Below are positions 56,263 through 64,000 of a DNA stretch of 64,000 nt, piece after piece. Location: NCBI RefSeq assembly GCF_011386835.1, contig NC_088792.1, positions 240,126,001 through 240,190,000 of the forward strand, written 5' to 3'. Both the position numbers and the translations under genes were made by a program. This stretch comes from Chrysemys picta bellii. Lineage: Eukaryota. Positions within the stretch are counted from its first letter, which is position 1; every line of letters starts with the position of its first letter. The notes under the pieces were generated by a model. The model made no database searches. It saw nothing but the letters and a program-made list of their open reading frames with translations, and was not told the DNA's origin.

Positions 56263-58574
56263 GGACATATATCATTTAATCATTTCCCTGTAATTGCAGG
56301 GGCTGGAGGCTTTTCTGAGCCTCACTTACCACAGGACTTAGAAGAGACCTGACTTTTAATAGCAATTATATCTTTTTCTTAGAATTTTAAAATTCACGTA
56401 TACAGTTTAAGAGAGGATTATACTGCAGCTATAGAATTCTACAGGGTGGTTTCAAAATTGTTCTCCTTTTTTTCCCCTTGCATGTTTGAAAAAGTCCATG
56501 TAGTTCTCTGTATGTTGCTTCTTATTTCTCGGATTGTTTACTTTGGGGAGAGCAGCATGAAACCTCCTCATCCCAGGGGTTTGGTAATACTAATGGTGCC
56601 ACCAACAGGAAATAGCTAAGTGTATTTTTCAAATTAGTGTTGTGTTAGTCGAAATATGTTATTTTTAATTGAGACTTCTCTTTTACTCTTCTCATGGCCA
56701 CAAAGCAGGAAGCACGCTAAGTGCACTGTGAAATATTTGGGCTGGGCAGATTGTACTGAATGTGGAGAGAGAAAAGAGTATCTGTGAGAACATCTGTAAG
56801 GCTGAGATCAGAATATGACAGTGCATGTTTCAACAGGCTAGCTGAGTTTATTACACCCTTAGAGATGAACCGTGCAGCAACTACAAAGAAGACACACAGC
56901 AGCACTAAGAGCTCTAATAGCTCCTAGCTGGTTCTATCAAGAGTGTGTTTAACAGATCAGAATGAAATCTGTGAAAATCTGTGGATCCCCTGAGGCTGTC
57001 ATTCTGAACGTCTGACAAAAATGTTGACAACTCCTACCAGACTAAAGACAATTCACGGATCGCACACTATGCCCTTCTAAAAGATTTGGATGTTGAGTAC
57101 CGTATATTGTCTCAATTCAACACATTTTGTTCAAGGTTTTACAAGCGCTTAACTAATATCTAAGGGCTTGATCTTGATGCTGCCCATTGGCCCGCGTGCC
57201 GAAGGTTGCCAACCCCTGCACTTGCCAACCTGCAAGTGACCCGTGCCCCATGCTGCAGAGGAAGGTGAAAACTGACCTGGGGGAAAACTCCTTCTCACCA
57301 CAAATATGGTGATGCTGATAAACTCCTCTAGGCAGGGACTGTCTTTACATTTGTGTCTTGGTCACGCAAATTGTCATTACTTAATATGTTATTAAATCAT
57401 ATCAGGCTTGAGCATGCAAAGTACTGAGCCAGAGTGCTCGGCCCCTTGAATTTAAATTGGAGTGTATACATTTCTCAGCAAGGTGATTGCTACTAACTTG
57501 GTTATTGTATCTTTCTTTCCAGGTACTTACATTGTCATCCTCGCTGTAGGAAAATGGCTCTTTCCACCACCACCCACAACTCTCCATAAATTTAAAAACA
57601 AATTGAAGAAAGAAGAGCAATACTGTGCCTGGGCCCCTAACTCTGCTAATAGGATGTAAAGGCAAAGTATCATTGTCTTAAATCTGTCAGAGAAAAAATA
57701 AACTGTCCCATAGAAGTAGGAAGGAGAAATAGAATCACTGTCAGGAAGCTGAAAGGGGATTTGGAGAGTCAGGTTTCTCATGCATTAACTGTATGGTCAG
57801 AGTGACTATGGCTAAAGTTTTATTTACTCTTAGGTATTTGATTTCAGTGGAAGTTGGAAGCTTAAATACCACTGAAGATGTAAGCCTCTGACTCTGGGAT
57901 TGCTGGACACATGTGAGGAGTCCTTCTGAAGTCTTATGAACACACAATGACAAGACATTCAGTGGCAGTTTGAAATCAGCTGTTCACATAAGTAAGGATC
58001 ATTACTTGTGGATGTAACGGCTGCAGGATTAGGTGACATATTGTACTGCTTCAGCCTGATCCTGTAATATATATCTGGGGAATAGGGGAGATTCCACATA
58101 GAGACAGCTATGTTCTTAAAGCAGTCCAGCATTTCCTCTGCACAGCGAGTACATTTGTTCTGACCACACTGAGTGAAGTTGGAAGTTTTCTGTTGATAGC
58201 CCAAAAGTTGTAAAAATTTGCAATGTGCTTAGAGTTCAGATAAAGGAAACGTGTACATTGAAATAAATCAGTCAGTTCAGTGAAAGGCTGATAACAGTCC
58301 TAGCAGCTGTATCAAGGTGGAGGTGGCTGGTTATTGTCTGCATTTCTCTGACTAAGCTGAAAATTTCATTGCCAGTGCTGAACAGATTTAGTTATCTTTT
58401 CCAGTATGGCTTTATGTGCTCCCTGGACCCAGGACTAACATCCATTTGTTATGGGAATTTTCGATTAGCTCTCCAGTACAGTCCTGTTGACCAGACATAA
58501 ACTTCTCTATTCAAGCTGATAGTGAAGTGTGAGACTACAAATGATACAATAGTTTTGTATTGCATTGTAACCAA

Positions 58575-58820
58575 GATCCGGACCCCATTGTGCTGGGTGA
58601 TGTATGTATATACACATAGGATGAGACAGTCTCTACAATCTAAATAGTCAAGAAAGATCTAGGATAGGAGAAAGCAACTATTATTATCCCCACTTTTTAC
58701 AGATGGGGAACTGAGACACAGAGAGATTCAATGCCTTGCCCATGACCAAACAGCAAGTCTGTAGCAGAACTGAGAATTAAACCCAGGTCTCCCAAAATCC
58801 AGTCCAGTGTCTTAACCAAA
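58575..58820 (-). mobile_element. CORE-SINE (MIR-like)
   Basis: TTACAGATGGGGAACTGAGACACAGAGAG..CCTTGCCCATGAC core. Confidence 0.75.
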
Positions 58821-60374
58821 ACACTCCCATTGCTCTATTATACAGTAATATAGCATAGGCATGTTGTGCTACTTAAAAATTATTATTCTGTATCTTTGTG
58901 CATATGATACAATTTAATTAAAATAACCTTGTACTGTTAGTCATAAGAATTTTTATCTAATCTTGGTAGTTTGCTACAGACTTTTCTCCAGGAAAAGCCA
59001 GCATGAGTTATTGCTAGATATGCTGAATATACTAAACATAATCATTTCTATTGCTTGAAATGCTAGTAATGTTTGTGAACTCATCTATTAATCTATATTG
59101 TGTATTTTGTTTGTTTCTAGCAGACCTAATGGTGATTGCAATTAACCTTCAACACTTCTGTATATGGATTAAGGTAAATCACATTGCTTTGCAATACCAG
59201 AAACAGCTGTTGAGATGTATTACACTCTGAATCTTAGCTGAGGCATTAATCATTCTCAAAAGCTTGTTAATTACAAGGCTAACATTTGTGGCGGAGAAGT
59301 ATAAAAAGCAGTAAATGGCTTTTGTGTGAGATAAAGTGCTGCAGCAAAATGGAGGGATTTGTCAGCAACAAAAGCGGCTGAGAACATAATTCCTATTACT
59401 GAATTAGACAAAGGAGGATTCAACAAACCCAATTATTAAAATAATGTTTGTCTCATCTAATGAGGCCCTAAAACTCAGTGAAGCTGCCCGTCCAGAATTT
59501 CCATTTGGGTGTCAAGCAAAGAGCCCTGATTTAACATGGGACTTAAGCACATGCTTAATTTTAAGCATGTGGGTAGTCCCACAGAATACTCTATGAAGTC
59601 ATGTGACGATTCAGGCATAAAATTAAAGCATGAGTTAAAGTGCTTTGCTGGACTAGGTCCCAGGTGATGATTAAAAAGGGAATATAGCTCATTCACAAGC
59701 AACTTTACTGATCCAGGTAAAAAGAACAAAATAAAAATATTTTACACTATAATTTCTGTTAACTGAACCCCCTGTTATTCAAAACTCAGTTACATGCTCT
59801 GACACTGTCCTGTGCTCTTCTTCACTCAAACCTGGAGCACAGTGAAAAGCAATGGCTGGCTGGTAAGCATGCAGCTGCTCCCAAGTTCAGCCGGGGCTAC
59901 AGGGGCTTCTGTACTCTGGAATCTTACCCTCAGAACTCAGTGAAGAAGAAAACAGTGGGCCAGTGAACAAAGTCTGTCCCCTTCCGTCATCAAGCTGTTA
60001 ATCCCTGGAGAGCAGAAAAGAACTGGTGTGCAAAGCTGGCGGGTCAGCCTCTAAAATCAAAATCTCAATTATCTACAGTTTGCAGATAGAGCTGAACAAA
60101 TAATAAAATGTTGTGCCTGCTCCTGCTCCCATTGAAGTCAATGACAATACACTCACTGACTTCAGTGGAGCAGCAACAGGTCACTCACTGGCCTATTTAA
60201 AGCTGATCCTATGTAATTAAAGTTATTGGTTTTAGCAGTTCCATGGTAGCTGCTAAGGGGTTGTCTCTACAAACACCTAATTAATGGCAAACTGGGGTGT
60301 AAATCTACTGTAAAAAGTTCTAGAGTGTGCACTCAGCTACCTGCTTTGAAACAGAAGTAGATTAAAGTGAACTA

Positions 60375-60659
60375 GGGCTGGGTCTACACTACCCGCCTGA
60401 ATCGGAGGGTAGAAATCGACCTCTCGGGGATCGATTTATTGCGTCCCGTTGGGACGCGACAATCGATCCCCGAATCGACGCTCTTACTCCACCAGCAGAG
60501 GTGGGAGTAAGCACCGTCGACGGGAAGCCGCAGAGGTCGATTTTGCCGCCGTCCCTACAGCGGGGTAAGTTGGCTGCGATACGTCGAATTCAGCTACGCT
60601 ATTCGCGTAGCTGAATTTGCATATCTTAAATCGACCCCCCCCATAGTGTAGATGTAGCC
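60375..60659. mobile_element. PIF/Harbinger-type MITE, same family as 53987-54281
   Basis: GGGCTGGGTCTACACTA...TAGTGTAGATGTAGCC, collinear internal similarity. Confidence 0.72.
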
Positions 60660-61280
60660 TCAGAAACTTTTAATGTGCAGCAGCAGGTTCCATACAGACA
60701 CTTAATGCAGGGTAGATTTATGTCCCAGCTTGTCACGAACTAAGCGTTTGTATAGACAAACCCTGAGTAATAGCTGGATAAAAATATCTAGCACCAAAGG
60801 AAGCAAAAATTCCTGGGAATGGCTACTGTGAATCCACCATGCAAATTTGGAAGATTAATGGCTAAACATTTCAATCTGAGAAATGTTTCAGAATTGTCTT
60901 CAAGTGATCTCAAGCTAGCATTAGGGCCTTGATTCAGCAAAGCTCTCACACACATGCTTCAGAACCTAGAAGAGCAAGAGCAAAAAAACCAAACTTCCAC
61001 AGCATTTCTACAATCCAAGCAAAGCTTTGACATGCAACTAATTTCAGTAACTCCCATCGGTAAATTTATGTGAGGCTGTCAAAAGAGGATGGGCTGGTTA
61101 ACGTTTTATGTCATACAATGCTACAGCTCAGAAACCATTACTCATCAGTCTCGTTGTTACATGAATTTTAGCTTCTCCAACTACCCTGTCATTGATCATT
61201 TGGCAGAAATGAAATCCATCCTAGCATTTTTTTACTCATTACAATATTCAATACAATTTTTTCCTCATTTACGATAGATT

Positions 61281-63520
61281 TATAGCAGCCTGCTGACAGT
61301 AGATGCTTTAGACTGGGTCGTCCCCGTGCTGGAAGGCAATAGGCCAGTTCTGTCAGACTGGGATGCTTTTCTCCAATTGATGTCCACCATCTTCAATGAC
61401 CCGCACTGATGGGATTCCAGCAGGGGCAACGCATAGTGGCCTCCTATGCAGAGCATTTCCACTACCTCAGAGCAAATACAGAGTGGAACGAAGGAGCACA
61501 GCTATACCAGTTCCGATGGGGCTTACAGGAATAAATCAAAGATGAACTGGCCCGTATAGAGATGCCAACGGGCCTAGATGCCTTTGTGCACCTCACGATC
61601 CACATAGATAATCATCTGTGAGAACAAAGGGAGGAGAAAGGGGGTTGTTTGTAGCTTCCCTTATCATGTACCCATGACCCCAATATTTGTATCACCCACT
61701 GAACTCATGCAAGCCAATCTAGCTCGCCAATGACTCACACCTGAAAAAACCAACGGTCCCACCAGCACCACCTGTGCTTCTACTGTGGTGAAACTGTCCA
61801 TGGCATCTCGGCCTGCCCAGTACAAATGCCAAAGAGCATGGGGAAACAAGCCAACCCAGGCCTGGTGTGGGGAACCAGACTGGACCTTGAAAGAAGGTCC
61901 CTAGTTCTCACTGAGGCACACCCTTAGCCCCATCCACAGGCTTCCCATTAGCAGGTGACTATCCAGCTGCACATCCTGGGGGACCCCCTGACAGACTCCC
62001 TTCCAACAGACCCTCATCGATTTAGGAGCAGCAGACAATTTCATGGATGCAGCTACAGCTCAGGCCCTACAGTTCCCCTTGCTACACAAGACCATGCCCG
62101 ACACAACCAAATCTATTGACAGCTCTCTGCTGTCTTCAGATCCAGTTGTGGAGGAGACTGTCCCCCTGGAGGCCATTATTCAGGGACACAGAAAAATGAT
62201 ACAATTTGGCATGATCCATTCCCCGCATTTTCCATCAATCTTTGGCATCTCCTGGCTGACCCTTCATGACCTCTTTGTTCACTGGCGAGAACAGAAAGTT
62301 ACCTTCCCATCAGAATTCTGCTGACAGCATGGCAAGGGACCCCCTACGGCCACTTCAAATATTTAGTTATGTCATTCGGACTGACTAGTACTCCAGCAAC
62401 GTTCCAGCATTTCATTAACAATGTGCTTCGAGACCTACTGGACCAGTTTGTGGTAGTGTCCTTAGATGATATATTGATATTCGCAGATGATCTGGACCAA
62501 CACACCACTCATGTCTGCACAGACCTGAAGAGACTATGACAACACGGTCTCTACACTAAACTAGTGATGTGCGCATTTGATCAGACCTCAACAGAGCTCC
62601 TGGGTTTCGTCCTGTCCCCAGAAGGCACCAAGATGGAAGGTCCATGCAAGGTCTAGTTTGTCTGCAACTGGGCAACCCCCCTACATCATTGTTTAGGCTT
62701 CACAAACTTCTACCGGGGTTCATTCCAAAATTTTCAAAACAAGCCAAGCCCCTTACTGCCCTACTCCAAAAAAATGCCAAGTTCCATTGGTCACCCAAGG
62801 CCCAGCAAGCATTTGAGCAACTGAAGCTTGCCTTCACCACCGCCCCAGTATTGGCCCATCCTGACATGGCTCAAGCTTTTGCTGTGGAAGCAGACACCTC
62901 TAGTACTGTGATTGGGGCAGTCCTCTCCCAAAGCCAGGGACCCAAGCAAATACTGCATTCCATTGCCAACTACCTAAGGAAGCTCACACCTGCTGAGTGA
63001 AACTATGAGATCCAGGACAAGGAGCTCCTGGCAATTAAGACTGCCTTTGAAGAGCGGCGACACCACTTGGAAAGGGCCTATCATCAGTCCAAGTGTTTAC
63101 AAACCACAAGAACCTGGAATACCTTTGCAGGGCTAAGGCCTTAAACCAATGACAGCTCCAATGGGCCCTATTTTTCTCCCAGTTCAATTTACCCTGATCT
63201 ACCACCCTGGAATCAGGAATGGCAAGGCCAGTGCCTTGTCCCAAAGATATGGGCCTGACCCAGAAGGCTCCAGTCTGGAACCAGACCACAGTCTCAAATG
63301 CCATAATTTTCTTAAAGCAAATTACTTCCAAGACCTGCTCACACTCATCTCCGTCTCTGGAATTCCATCTGACAAGCTGGCCATTGTAATATACAAACAA
63401 AAAATATATCTAGGTTTAAAGAACTAACCTACTTCAATGATTTTTGATAAGGGGCCCAGAAATGGGAAGGCCACTTGGAGACAGAATTTCCCCACCCACT
63501 ATAAACAGAGGGGGGGGGGA
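61281..63520 (+). mobile_element. Decayed, internally deleted Ty3/Gypsy (sushi/chromovirus-like) retrotransposon
   Basis: gag (DALDWVVPVL..DWDAFL), CCHC knuckle CFYCGETVHGISAC 61775-61816, protease LIDLGA near 62019, [14 protein letters not shown]...SLDDILIF, RNase H VEADTS...YEIQDKELLAI, purine tract near 63506. Confidence 0.9.
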
Positions 63521-64000
63521 ATTCTGAGAGACAAGACGCTATCCTGACCCACCACTAGAAGGAAGTGCAGGACCCACTGAGGTGGAGAAGAAGCCCTGTT
63601 ACACCACCTCCATGAGGGGAGTAGCTACCAGCGTTGTAGCACTGTCTACACTGCCACGTTCCAGTGCTGAAACTTGAGTGAGAAAGATGCAGCGCTGTAA
63701 ACTGGCAGTGTAGACAAGGCCTCAGATCTCTGATCATCACACACAGTGACCACTTGCCTTCAAATACATACCAATTAGCACTTTCCTGCTAAAGTTCTTC
63801 ATTTGCATTACACAAGGCTTCTTTCTCATTTGATGGGCTATTTATTTACAGGTGTATATACAATGTAAATGTTTGCTATTACATTATAACAGAATGAGAT
63901 AAGTGAAAACCGGGCATGTAACATCCCATTCATTTTCATTAAGTTTTAACACCAAATACATTCTTATACAATTAACAATCACTGTGATCTATACTAATAA

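Overview
Vertebrate genomic DNA, most likely a turtle. That inference rests on the repeat landscape: CR1 LINEs with (ATTCTATG)n or (TTCTTATG)n tails, Penelope pseudo-LTRs, hAT, Tc1-mariner and Harbinger MITEs, and CORE-SINEs. The window holds a tandem cluster of five apparently intact, four-exon, 132-aa fatty acid-binding protein genes of the FABP4/PMP2/FABP9/FABP12 subfamily. In order they are B(-) 10015-12810, C(+) 14419-19270, D(+) 24129-27329, E(+) 32302-34753 and F(-, FABP12-like) 40145-48926. Each has coding exons of 73/173/102/51 nt with GT-AG introns. Two FABP remnants lie to the left: an orphan promoter plus exon 1 with ACG in place of ATG (6697-6769,+), and a decayed exon 2 on the opposite strand (about 4552-4715,-). 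The most notable points are: a probable lineage-specific FABP expansion with mixed orientation; a roughly 9-kb C/D duplication with filled and empty TE sites; a likely gene-conversion tract; portal and pocket substitutions in B and E; an FABP12-like gene outside mammals; and a Penelope insertion carrying a minimal hammerhead ribozyme motif. The right 15 kb is intergenic and repeat-rich, ending in a decayed sushi-like Ty3/Gypsy element. Orthology and repeat-family names come from recalled sequence similarity, not from database searches.
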